From Bugula neritina (lineage: Eukaryota > Animalia > Bryozoa), in NCBI GenBank assembly GCA_964035545.1, contig OZ037767.1, positions 3,235,680 to 3,299,679 on the forward strand: a DNA stretch of 64,000 nt, written 5' to 3'. The notes under the pieces were generated by a model. The model was not told where the DNA came from and ran no database searches. It saw only the letters and a list, made by a program, of their open reading frames with translations. Both the position numbers and the translations under genes were made by a program. This document shows positions 18,143 to 31,400 of this stretch, piece by piece (the first letter of the stretch is position 1; every line of letters begins with the position of its first letter).

Positions 18143-19488
18143 TCAATCAACACACCGAGAGCGATTTTCAATAGATATAAATATAATAATTAATATGAAT
18201 GTGAACAACTATTTCTTTTAGCATTATATCTTTTATATTATTTCATATCTATTTCTTATTTTAGCGCTTTTACAATAAGATCTAGGATAGCACATTGACA
18301 TAGATAAACTTAAAGTATTATTATTATAAATACAGCTTTGTTTTGTCGATATCAATATCAAATTCAATCATCAATGTGTTATACTTATACTTATAGTTAT
18401 ACTTATAACTAATTATTTATAATTATTACTAATGCTATTATTAATATTATAATTGTTATTATAACATAAGTATACATATTATTATTTAATTTAATACTAA
18501 TAGTAATAGTAATGCGGTAAATGTAGTGATAATACTGAAAGTAATATTTAATTTTATACTAGTTCATCATTATGATTATGATACTTGATAACTTATAGTT
18601 TTACTATCTTTAAATCTGTATTACTAATACTAATACTAATAGTGATACTGATAATGATAATAATAATATTAAAAATAAATTGAATACTATTTAAATTTTA
18701 GACATAGAGTTATCCATATCATTATGATTATGATTATAAGCGCAGTAAATTTAGGGCTAAATACATGACATGGTGATGGTTATACTTATAGTTATAGTAA
18801 TTATAAAAATTTAATAAATCTAAGCAGACTAAGGCTAATAGAATTTAGAATAATGGTTAAGTTATACTCTGGGTTGATTCTTAGAGTTACATGGAGATTG
18901 GGGCTTGCAAGAAGGTTGCCTTTGCACTCCAAGTTTAACTTCATATTTACAGTAACTCCAAGAAGTAAGTAGTATGCAGCCTGTAACTATAAGTATAGCT
19001 ATGGCCATAGGCATAACTATCAATATTACTATGAATATAAGTCATTCTTTACAATCACCATATTGATATTGGTAATGCTTATATGTATAGTAAGACTGAT
19101 TCATATTCATATTGTTCTTTTACTCACCATCACTGTCGCGGTAGTCACATTCTTAGTTTTAGTCACAGTGAGTTCAGTTATACTTATACTGTATAGTAAA
19201 TCACTAGATTTCTTTATTAGTAATTATATAGCTGTCAATTTTATTTTAAAACAGTAATGTGCAAATATTTAAACTTTTATTTTTTTAGTTTTATTTTTGT
19301 CATTCTATTAGACCTAGGACTTGCTAACCATTTTAGTGTAATTTTTATATATTACACAAAAACATGTTATCTACTTTTGTCACTTAGAGTCGTAAGTTGT
19401 ATTGTAAATTACAGGTATTTCAGTGATTTTATTGCCTGTCGGTCGGAGCCAATAAGATTATGCCAACCCCTGACCATCTATAGTAGAA

Positions 19489-22400
19489 ATGGATCTGCCG
19501 AGGAATAAGGTGACCAGGTCATCATCATCTGCTGCCTATAAGAAACGGCGCAGTACTGCTATTGGAGTACACAAGGTAAATCCAAATATAGTCACTAATA
19601 CTGGAGCCATTGTAGTTTATTGAATGTATAAGGTCCTTCTTACAACAACTAAAATAGGTGATAGTTTCTGGAGGTCTAGAATATTGTCCCAGTCTGTTAT
19701 ATAACTAGGTTAGGACCAAAACATGTTTGTTAAATTTGGACAATACTTTGTGAGTTTGAGTATACAACATATTATTCTTTACAAAAACAAGTACTTTGGT
19801 CAGATTTATTTTTTACTCTCTAATTTAATTGAATAGCATCCACTGATAAGTAGAGAGTATAGCATTAGTTTAGTCTGAGTATAGCATTAGTTTAGTATAT
19901 AGTATAGTATGAATATAGCAAGAGTTTAGCATTAGTTTAGTCTGAGTATAGCATTAGTTTAGTATGAGTATAGCATTAGTTTTGGTCTGAGTATAGCATT
20001 AGTTTAGGCTGAGTATAGCATTAGTTTAGGCTGAGTATAGCATTAGTTTAGTCTGAGTATAGCATTAGTTTAGGCTGAGTATAGCATTAGTTTAGTATAT
20101 GGTATAGTATGAATATAGCAAGAGTTTAGCATGAGTGTAGTACTAGTTTAGTATATGGTATAGTATGAATATAGCAAGAGTTTAGCATGAGTGTGACTGA
20201 GAACTTGGTTGTGAGCAGGTCACACAATTTAATTAGTTGAAATGATTGATGTCAGTTAAATAACTACTAATACAGGAAAAAATATTTGATCACTTCTAAT
20301 AACAGTGTAATAACTAATAACATATTTTCGTTACTTTATGTGCCCGTTCAAAGTCAGTCATGCTTGAATCAATTATTCCATCATTACCACGGGTTAGGCT
20401 GTTAGTATTTATTCAGTAAATATTATTAGCTACAATAAAATGCACAATTACAATATTGCTGCAGCTTTTCCTAGCTAATGGAATTCTTGCTGCTTTAATG
20501 AATGTGAAATTGACAATCCCATGAGCCAGACTAGGCATTGTGTAGCACACTGGTTGTCCCAATTTACCTCAAAGTTGTTTGCTGTGCTGGTCCTCAACTA
20601 TATCTGAACTGAGGGGGGGTGCTTGTCACCCAAACTTCTTGGTCGCTACAGGAAGGGAGGTTGGCTTTAGATATGATGTATAGTCTTATAGGTGGGCACC
20701 AATTTGCTTATCTCTACTGATTATATGCGATTTTTAATCTCAATAATAATTATCTACTCACTTCAAAATATTTACTCTTGCGCTGTGGGTCTTTCCTTAA
20801 AAACTCATTTTATAGTCGATATCCCTGTGAGAACCTCTGATTGAAAGGTTTTTTTGAAATCAGGTCAAGAACTTTTTTTCTAATGTGGTACAGGAGGAAT
20901 TTTGACTGCATGCTCTTCCTAACATCACAGCCAGTGTTTGGACTTGAACCACTGACCTTGTGTTTACTAGGCAAACGCTCTAACCCCTAGACCACTGCTG
21001 CTCCTTAGGGCCTTTCCTTCAGACTTGTCTATATTTGAACTTGATGTTTCTATAGATGACTTTATCCTATGTTGGGGGTAGAGAAAGAGGGGAGTATGTT
21101 GTACTCAAACACAATCCTTGTTTAAATTATTTTGCAACTGCTAAGATATTGCCAGTAGGCCATTTGTTACCATGTAGTCACTGCCTTTATTCATTCAGTT
21201 AGCTGTTAGGATAACATCTTTCATAGTACACACCAATCTCTTGTTCTTCTTGCCACCTACCTCTGTTCTCTCTTTCACATGAGTAATTTATAATTACTCC
21301 TACGTAAATTTCTCTAAAACAACAAAAAGAATTTTTGCCTACTGGCCATGCACAATGTATATCCAAATTAATATACAGTGTTTGATATTCATGAAATATA
21401 GTGCTATTCAATCAGGGATTAGATAGTCTATTATGGTTTAGTTTAGGGCTGAGTGTTGGGAGAAATGATGACAATAGTTTAATTTAAATTCGTCTTTGTT
21501 GCACTGTGCAGAATATTCTAGATGTATTGAGAGAGGAACAAAAAGATAAAGATTATAGTCTGTTTGAATTTAGCCACATACCCTCCCATGTTACTTCAAT
21601 GTCCATCAATACATTGTCAACAAGTGATGTGTCACCAGTCAACATATGGTCAACACATGATATAGTCTTTTAACATATCAACACATGATATAGTCTGTCA
21701 ACATATCAACACATTATATAGTCTGTCAACATATACCAACACTAGTCACAAGCTAAGGAGTCTAGTAGGATATTGGTTGGAATGGTAAACTCTGTAAAAT
21801 AATTTACATACTACTGTTTGGTCTATTGATTTTTGTAAACAAAATGCCATTCATCATGCAATGCTGAATAACTTACTAGATCACCAACAAGATGCATACA
21901 CCACGCAGTATGATTATGGTAATATTTTCGTAATTTATTACTGCAGTACCATGGCTACCTATTTGTATCCTTGTTGCTAAGCGCTCAGTAGCTCTACAAA
22001 ACTATGTATTAGAAGAACCGTAAACTGTAGTTCGACCATCTTCATATCATCCATTTTTATTCCAAATCATATCATGCTGTCGTTTCACCTTCCTGACTAT
22101 CATCTGGCATTGATGGTGCCAAAGCTGCCAAATTCCGTAACTTCTTTGCCAGATAGGATGCAGTGCCTATAGATTTTATATTATCTCATGTTATTAGATA
22201 TAAGAGTTCAACTCCTTATCAGTCATCTAGCAGCTTCTCTCTCCAAATCTTTAGAGATTTCATTTCAGATATTTTGGCATTGATTTCAGTAGATTTCACA
22301 ACTTCATTATTGTAACTGTGCTTGTTTTGTTCCTAGATGTAATCTAAGCCATCTGATGAATACAATACTGCAATGTACTGGCTGTAAAGTTGACTTTATA

Positions 22401-25400
22401 GTTGTACTAAAATCTTTTTGTAAGACTTTGAAAGCACATTTCTTGTTGAAAAGGGTGAGGTCAATACTACAGGTATAGAATGTATAGAATCACTCCCAAC
22501 TTAAGTTCTAGATTACAGGCTATACACTCTACCTGAATGTATTTAAAACCATTAAATGATCGGTTTTGGTTGTAATAAAAGGTGAGATGAATGCATATGG
22601 CCACTCGAGATTACAAGATAAGTGAAGTGGGTTGTGTTGAGTATATTATTCTCTCATTTACTGATCTCTCTTAGCTTGCTAGACTGTCTGTGTGTCATTT
22701 CAGTCTAGCAATCCCTTCCAAGTCACCAACCACAGAGAGAAATGCGGTAATAAAGAGCAAGGGGAGGTAACTACTCTATCTGAGCTCTCACTCTCTAAAC
22801 ACTTGGCGCAATTTAACCTGCAGCTCAGTTTAGCATTTGTGTCTCTGCATTTAGCTGCTCAGTTTCCCAGAGATTGCTCACTAACCACTGATGAAAGCTC
22901 ACAGCTAACCAACTGGTGTGGGGTGTAATAGTTTAGAGAGTTTTTACCTACTGCACATGCTACAACTAGCTAAGGCTATTGCAATGTCAAACCATATTGA
23001 ATAGATATTCTACTAGCTACTATTCAACAGTCTCATCTTACACTGTATAAGCCTTTAGATGGTGTCAGATTTTATCCCCTTTCTCACAAAAGAGTACACA
23101 ATAGCTACGACTATTGATAATTGATACTTCATAAATACCATAAGTTACATGGTGTATAATATCTTATAAGTACTGTTGCATATTGAAGTTATGGTATATG
23201 TCTCTTTATGTAATAATATTGTTTTGTTTAAGTCAATGCATATAATTCTATGACTCAAACTATACAATTTCACCATCAAATTTCAAATGGCAAACAACAG
23301 TGCATCATACAATTCTTGCAAGGGAGTGCTAAAAAGCAGTTGCATAGCTTATAATTTATATTATGTAGATCACTTCGAACATATTACATACAGGGCTCCC
23401 TCCATATCTCACATTCCATTTCTCGGGGAAATTCCATAGGTCACGAGAAGGGCTTGGGCCCCGTTTTGTGGTTTATACATATGCGTATAGGTACAAAAAT
23501 AGCCGAGTTAAATCTAGTATTCTACTAGTCACGAATTAAGATTTCGGGATCTCAGCTTAGTGAGATATAGAGGGAGCACTGTATTATACAATATGCTATA
23601 GAATATAGATCACTCTCTACTGATGGTTTCAGGGGGTGTGTAGCACATGCAGGATGGTGCTCTAACAATGCAATAACAAAGGCCAGTAGACTAGCATTGA
23701 ACATGATATTTGGTGTCATATCTTAGCTATATTACGTCACATGCACCAAGCTAGACGAGTGTGCAAGGCATAGTGGTGTTTGCTTTACATGTTTTCTGTA
23801 GTATGCACATGCAGCTTTAAGGATTATTCCCTGTTATTTGTTTTGAGTAGTATTTCCAGTATATTATAGTAGCAGACATAGACCTAGATTTTAAAGTAGG
23901 ATGGTGTTGAAAGGAGTAGGAGTTATCATACCATAGCAAATTTGGTTTGGAATACAATGTTATTGGTGTCGTTCCCTTAGCTGTAGTTATATATCAGTTA
24001 ATGCTGTGCATAGTTCACTCCAGTTCATATTCGTGTTGATACATTATAGTGTAACCTTCATCACCCTCTGCTATAGCGAATATATATAAACGGTCAATAG
24101 TTTAGTAACCTGCTTTGGTAGCAATTATATTGTAGTAATGTTATAATAATGTGACCTGTAGCTAAGCCAAGGTCATCTCGGAACAAACTGCAGTCTCCCA
24201 TTTTGCTAAAGAAAATCAATTTGCCCACTGGGGGTTACAAAATAGGAACAAGAATTCTAACAGCATTATTCGATCTATAACATTTAGTAAGGTTGTTAAC
24301 TCCATCAGGTGAAATATTAGTAAATATTTATCATTTAGGTACAGTCACAGTGAAACTTCAATTGCCTAAGTTCTTTAGCTGTCTATAAATTTTGGATTGA
24401 TGTTTGAGTTGAATGTCTCTCGAAAGCACAACTTTTTAAATGAGATTTTGCATCTAGAACACAGGCTTTGTCAAATTTCTCCTTTACTACATCTTCTCAT
24501 TTCTATTCAGTATTGTGCTCTCTCTGAATTTGCCAATCTCCTATCTCCAATAACCAATAATTATTATCCAATTATACTGAGCTACAAATTTCTTTCTTTC
24601 TTCCTGTATGCAACTATCTATCTAGCTTTTCCCTAACTTGTGTACAATAAATAGTAAACTTGCACACAATAAATAGAAATTATTTATTTAACTAATCAGC
24701 TGCAACATTCATTGTGTATAACTGTAGGTTAGTGATAGAACTTGGAGTTGCCTTCTTTCTGTATACCCTCATAATTATATCACTTGACATTCAGCTAACA
24801 GTTTGAAATTACACACTTTAACACTTCAGTATTTGTTTATGGCTTTATGACTGCATTTTATTCTAGAGCATTCTAGAACTGTATTATGTGTGGCATGTTT
24901 GTTGATAGTGCAGTATTCACATGCTTGCAGGTAAAACTGTAAACTACTGAACCTATGGAACTTCTATTATATTTGCAGGTAAAACTTGAGAGAGTCTTAG
25001 GTTTGACTGCCAACACAAACTCCCAGATAGCCCTAGATACTTCTTCTGGGACCATAGCTTATACGGCCGGGTATGCTAACGTCTCAAACTTCACTATTAT
25101 GCTCTGTGTGTAGCACAGCCAGCTCTTGATAGACTTGTTAATTTAGTGCAAGTTAACTATAAGTAAAAGCTTTTCCATATTTATATTTCATATCTGATGC
25201 TGTAATGCTTTTGGTGAACGTGGGATCACACAATTGCTGAAATTCTAATATTATTCAATTTTCAATATAAATAATCTTACTAGTTCCATCATAGACTTAA
25301 CACTATAGATTTTAATTTACCTCAAACTGACACATTTATTAAATAAAAATATAAATTGAATTTGTTTTGAAAGTCGACAGTAACAAGTGGTAGTTGTCTA

Positions 25401-28400
25401 TTCAATTTTATGTGCATATATCAGGAGTTATCATGCCTATGTTTAGATGTGTGGCAGTGTTGCAAGGCAAAAGATTTCAGGAGAATATAATCAATACAAG
25501 CAGAAAGGCGGTCACAGCTCTAGCCTTCTCTCCAGATGGCAGATATCTGGCTATGGGAGAGGTGGGTAGTTGACATGTCCCGTATCCATAGGCTATTGGT
25601 GTTTGGTTACTCAGGTTAAAATTTAATTTATTTACTGAAACTAATAAACATAAGATTTATTCTTAACCTTTGTTGAATAGTCATAAACTATATACACCTA
25701 CTTTCTATCTACTTCACTTCGGTATTTATTAATTTAGATTCAATTCTATAGGAGTCGTCACACCAAGAGTACCATAATACAGTTTCTCTCTGGAATATCA
25801 TGTTTTATTGTAACCGATGGGATACACTTTCTATTTTATTTCGTAAAGTACAATTTATTTACACCCTAAAAGAGTTATTATATGCTCTTTGGAAAATTTA
25901 AATAAATTAGACAGCTTTAGGAGTTCCAAAGTTGGATGAAACCATTGTACCAACTTATTAACTTTTTTTTCAGCTAAATTTTAAATTGATAACTTCATTT
26001 TCTAGGTGGTAAGAGCTCAGTGGTAAACTGTGTTGTAATCATATGTTCAGCTGCTTTACGTATTCAATTATATATCAATTCAAGTTTGGAATATTTTATG
26101 TTATATACCTGGATATCTCAAAACCTCTTGCTTAGTGAATGTTATTAAACTATATTCTCTACACTTCACACATGCACTTGTTTTCCATGACTTGCTGTGG
26201 TTTGAGTCACTGATATTAAATTGAATACACGATTAGTTGAAGTTGATTCGATGCAACTTTGCTCAAAAGTAGAATATTTTAAAGCAGTCATCATGGGAAG
26301 CAAGAAATAGCTATTTTTTTCAGTGGAATGCATTACGTTTGCTTTTGATGTGTTTCCTTTAGCTTTACATGCATTTCTATAAATTTACTCTTCTATTTCA
26401 CGACATGTTCTTTTAGAGCGTAGACTTACATACTACGGTGAGATGCTACTTGACTAACGGGCTGCTTTGTAGTAACCCATCTTTTGTTATTCATTTTAGG
26501 GAATTTAGGCTTTGGATCATATGGTTATTATGCTCTGCATATAATTCCTTTGTTTTTAAGACCTTTGTTTAAGATGCTGGCTGCCATATTGATATATCAA
26601 AAATAGCTTTTATAAGAATTATATACATTTTTATATCTTTCAAAGAAATTCTATTTCCTCTTTTCTATTTATTCTTATTGTTACTCTTGGGGGTCCCTAG
26701 TGGCAGAAGTTTTGGTTGTGTTGCATTTTACAATGCTTTTCATTTTGCATAAAAAGTTCTTTCACTTTATTTAGTAGTGTAAGTAGTATAAAGAGCAAAT
26801 ATGTGATTTTTTCATAAAACAACAATTTCTAGTTTTCAAATGCTTTCTTTTCCTTGAGCTCTGTTTAACTGCTGCCTTTCAGTTTGCTGTTGAGTTGGAA
26901 ACTGGTCTAGAAATTTCTTCATTTCACAAGCTCCTACCACTTTCTTATTTACATTTAGTTTAAATTATAGTTTACTTGTTCATTTATTATAATTATTCTA
27001 CGATAACACAATTTCTCTTCAATCAATAACGTAACCATAGAGAGTATTACAGTATTATTTCTGTAGATCAAATACACAGCTTTTTTGAATACAAAATAGT
27101 GGTGACAGGTTGATATACCTTCATTCATAGATGCATTTATGTGTAGGCGTAGATACCTTCATTCATAGATGCATTTATGTGTAGGCGTAGATATATTTAC
27201 TCTAGGTGCATACATGTGTAGTTGAGGTTTCAGGAGTTGTCTTCCTGTTTCACTCTGGTCTCTGTATGGAATACTGTATTTAGCTGATAACCGCAGTGTG
27301 TAGTGTGCTAGCAACATGTACAATGCATGCGCAAAACAATGAGCTCTCACAAATCTCCAATATTTTAACTAATCAACTTTTACACGTTTCATTGACTTCT
27401 ATTAATAGAATACTAAAATGACTTTAACAAAAAATACTGATTCACTTAACATTTAAACTTTTAAATAATAAACAAAAAGAAATGTTGTTTTTTGTATTGT
27501 CCAGTAACTGTAGTGCATGTAGTTAGGTGTGCTGCACTGATTGGTTGATTTACAGTCTGGCCACGCCCCCGCCGTGAGAGTTTATGAGATTAGTAGTCGT
27601 CTGCAAGTGGCAGAGTTTGTTGGACATAAGTTTGGAGTTCGTTGTGTAGCCTTTTCACCAAACAACAAGTACTTGGTGTCTATAGGGACGCAGCACGACA
27701 TGGTAACTAATGTGTGGAACTGGAGACAAGCCTCTAAGATTGCTTCTAATAAGATCTCCAGCAAGGTGAGGGTGAATCAGTCAACACATAATTATTTATT
27801 TTTGTTTTAACATCAGAAAACCTCAAGTCATTCATAGTGATGCTAAACAGAAAATTAACTCCATTCTTGCTAGGAATGTAAATAAGCCTAACACCTGCTA
27901 AGGGTGTCAAATTTTGTCATGCTAGTTACATGGCATGAACTAGTAGTTTGTCAGTTCACTCTAAGCATCTGATTACTTGTATTTAGGTCAACGGTTTGAC
28001 CTTCACCTCAGATGGAACGACATTTATAACAATCGGTGTGAGACACGTGAAGTACTGGTTCTTAGATGAGTCCAAGAGAAAGGTTTGTATATTATATCTC
28101 AATGTAAGGGAAGACAATTCTGTTGAATACTGTTAGGTATAGAATATGTATCTCGGGTTATCTATAGTTCAAAGTTAAGTGAAAGATTCTTTTTAATATT
28201 AAGTGAAATAGATACTTAGAGTTGAACGGATACAATTATTTCTTTCTAAGAGTAATTCTGGCCATAGATTGGTGACTATATCTTGAGAAATGGAATGGTG
28301 TGTTCTTCTTGCAGACTACAATACAGAGCAAGAATGAGACTGTCCCGTTACTGGGGAGAAACGGGTTGCTGGGAGACCAGAAGACTAACGTGTTTGTAGA

Positions 28401-31400
28401 CGTTTCCTGCGGCAAGGGTGCCAACAGCGACAGCGTCTACATCATCTCTCAGAACGGAACTCTTTGTCAGCTGACTGATAGACAGCTCTCTAAAACTGTT
28501 GAACTTAAAGTACGTCGACTTGACTTACTTGATTTCTACTTGCAGTTTAAGTATACAACTTGAAAAAATCGGGAACTTTTTGTTATTTTTTATTTAGTAG
28601 TTTAGTAATTGTTACTGACTTGTCAAAGTGATTAGAACAAAAATCGTGGCTTTAAGTCGAATCTACTGATTCCAATACTACTATGATGTAGTGCTTCTAA
28701 ACTTGTATATTTTTTTAGTTTTCATTTATTGGTAAATGAGACAAATTGTATGTGATTCAGATTTATCTATGTTATTTTCACAAACACGCATTCTAGTTCC
28801 AAATATCCGAATTCAAATGCAGCTCTTCTGTTGTCTACTTTTCATGTGATGTTTGTATTATATAGACTATAAGGGCCTACTGTCTACAAGCTACAGAATC
28901 ACTGTTAATAGTTGGTTGTGCTAACGGCATAATTAGAATATTCCATGCGGAGTCTCTCAACTACGTGTCCACCCTGCATCAGCCTCATCCTTTGGGAGTT
29001 GATGTCGTCACCAACTCACTATCTGTGTATGTATAGTTTAATCTCTCTCCATGTATGTATAATTTACTTCTCTCTCTGTGTAAATATAAATTACACTTTC
29101 TTCTTGAGTCTGCGTGCAGACTGTTCTGGAATCTTCCAGTGGCACCATTGGGTTAGTTACGAAGTTCCCATTTGCAGCTAATATGCATTTTACAAGTGTT
29201 CAAACAAGTAACTGAAAAATTTATATTCGATTATATTTAAAAAAAATTAAATTTTAACTATACTATGACTCACTTTTTCCTTGAAGATTTTTGTTTCGGT
29301 TGTGTTTCCACAGTATGATGTTGTGGATATGTGATAATGTTGTAGTCCGTGGCCAGCGGACAGTTACAGATACCCTGATACTCTGGGTTTAGTTCTGAAC
29401 GAAAGTGACATGACCTTGACCGTAGTCTACAGTGACCACTCCCTCTACACCTGGGATATTTCCAGACTTCCTAAAATACGCAGACTTTCTGCTGAACTGT
29501 ATCATAGCAGCTGCGTGTGGGCAGTGGATGTAAGTTACTGTGTGTATGTGGGCAGTAGGTGTAAGTTACCGTGTGTGTGGGCTGAAGGTGTAAGTCCTGT
29601 GTGTGTGTGGGCTGTAGGTGTAAGTCCTGTGCGTGGGCAGTAGATGTAAGTCCTGTGTGTGCTGTAGGTGTTATTGTAACACTAAAGTAGTGTAAGTGTA
29701 TTATAACAAAAGTTGTATGCTCTACAACTTCAACACATTTTCTAAAAATCTAGCTAGTGCAAACATTCACAGAGGCGTGTAACTTTGTTCTATCTTGCAT
29801 TCATTTGTAAACAGACACTAGACATTGACCAGAATTCTTATCATAGTCAGTTTGTTATATCTAGTATATATTTAACTTTCTGTAGGTGTTGCCCGCCCAT
29901 GACGTTCTCCCTGAAGGAACATTTATAACATGCTCCAGTGATGACACGATTAGATTTTGGAATATCCATCAAACCAGTTTCCCGGCTGTTCATCGGAAAA
30001 AGCCGCACTTCAACTATGTTAGTCTGAGTACCAAGACTCTACACATAAAATGCTTTATATGCCTACCCTTTAGAAACTTGTGAAGTTTTACATTTTCTAT
30101 TCATGCAGCTTTTGAAATAGGCAGTATACATACTCAATTGTGTACATACATAACTGGGTATGTACATAACTGTGTATCTGTACAACTGTATACGTTTGCA
30201 GTTGTGTACTAAGTTGCAATATTTAATGTATTAACTTATAAAATATCACCATGCCTATTGGCTTCTAAATTTTTCCTTGAGATGTTCAAATAAAGTTTCA
30301 CTTGCGGAACCCAACTGCTGACACCTGTTGACACGACATGTTGACACCGCCTGCTGACACCACATGCTGACACCTGCTGACTCACATAACATGCATGTTG
30401 TATATCTACAGGAGTTGCTGAAGACGATATACACTGACCCCAGTCTGGGCTCCCTCTGTGAACAGGAGTACAATGCCGACAAGCCCGACATATATGAGTC
30501 CCGAAATGGAGTCAAATGCATCGCTACATCTTCAGACGGCGGCCATCTTGCATCTGGAGACCTCATAGGCAATGTGAGAATATACGATATCGGTGCTATG
30601 AGTGAGCTGCGCATGATAGAAGCTCATGAAACTGGAGTCCTCTGCCTGGAATACTCAGACTTTGATTCTGGTTAGTAGTTGTTTGCTCTTTTATCTCATA
30701 ATTTAAACACAACAACTCCACCTAACAGTGTTTTTATTAATGCTTACAAATTTATAGCAATTATATGTTGGTTTACACAATCATTTATAGGTGTTGATAA
30801 TTTAATTTGCTCCAACACTGAGATGAACTGTAGTTTTGAAAAAAAATCTACGTTAATTATTTTTCAATTTTTGTAATTTTTGGTAAATTTTAAAGTAAAT
30901 CAATATATTTTGAAAAATTCATTAGTTCTGTAATTTAAGAGGAGGAGTGCGGGGTTTGTTGTGCCAGAAAATAGAATCACACTCAATGCTACATTTCGCT
31001 GTATTTCAGGGTACAAGTACCTAGTGTCAGCGTCCAGAGACAGGTATATACACATATTTGATGCTGCCAACAACTACTGTCACCTCCAGACTCTGGCCGA
31101 TCACTCCAGCTCCGTCGTGTCTGTCAAACTCATCCCCCTCATGGAGGGCCTGCTCATGATCAGCTGCAGCAATGACAAGGTATCATCTGTGGAAAGATAA
31201 TATCTGTAGTAAAAGTATTGTCTGTGGAAAAGTTTTGTCTGGGTAGAGGGTTTTGCTGTAGAAAAGTATTATCTGTAGATTGAAAAGTCTTTTCTGTGGA
31301 AATGCATCATCTGTGAAAATTTTGTAGGCTGTAGAGATCACTTTCCCGGCGGTATCTGCACCTTTATTTAAGCAGCACTTAATACGCTGTGTGTAGCCTT

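Noticed and set aside
19063-19257. Membrane-like hydrophobic ORF, also 52722-52940
   Set aside because: The alternating residues are a by-product of the period-6 tracts; no ATG start or splice context.
19854-20195. CRISPR-like appearance of regular repeats, also 47.0 and 48.2 kb
   Set aside because: Head-to-tail units without unique spacers, in eukaryotic introns, with no cas genes.
20930-21004. Functional tRNA-Thr gene
   Set aside because: The acceptor stem does not pair and the head runs into a shared SINE body in four copies.
24923-24942. Duplicate acceptor TTGCAG|GTAAAACT 48 nt before WDR62 exon 2
   Set aside because: Its use gives an immediate stop (GTA AAA CTG TAA); no evidence it is used.
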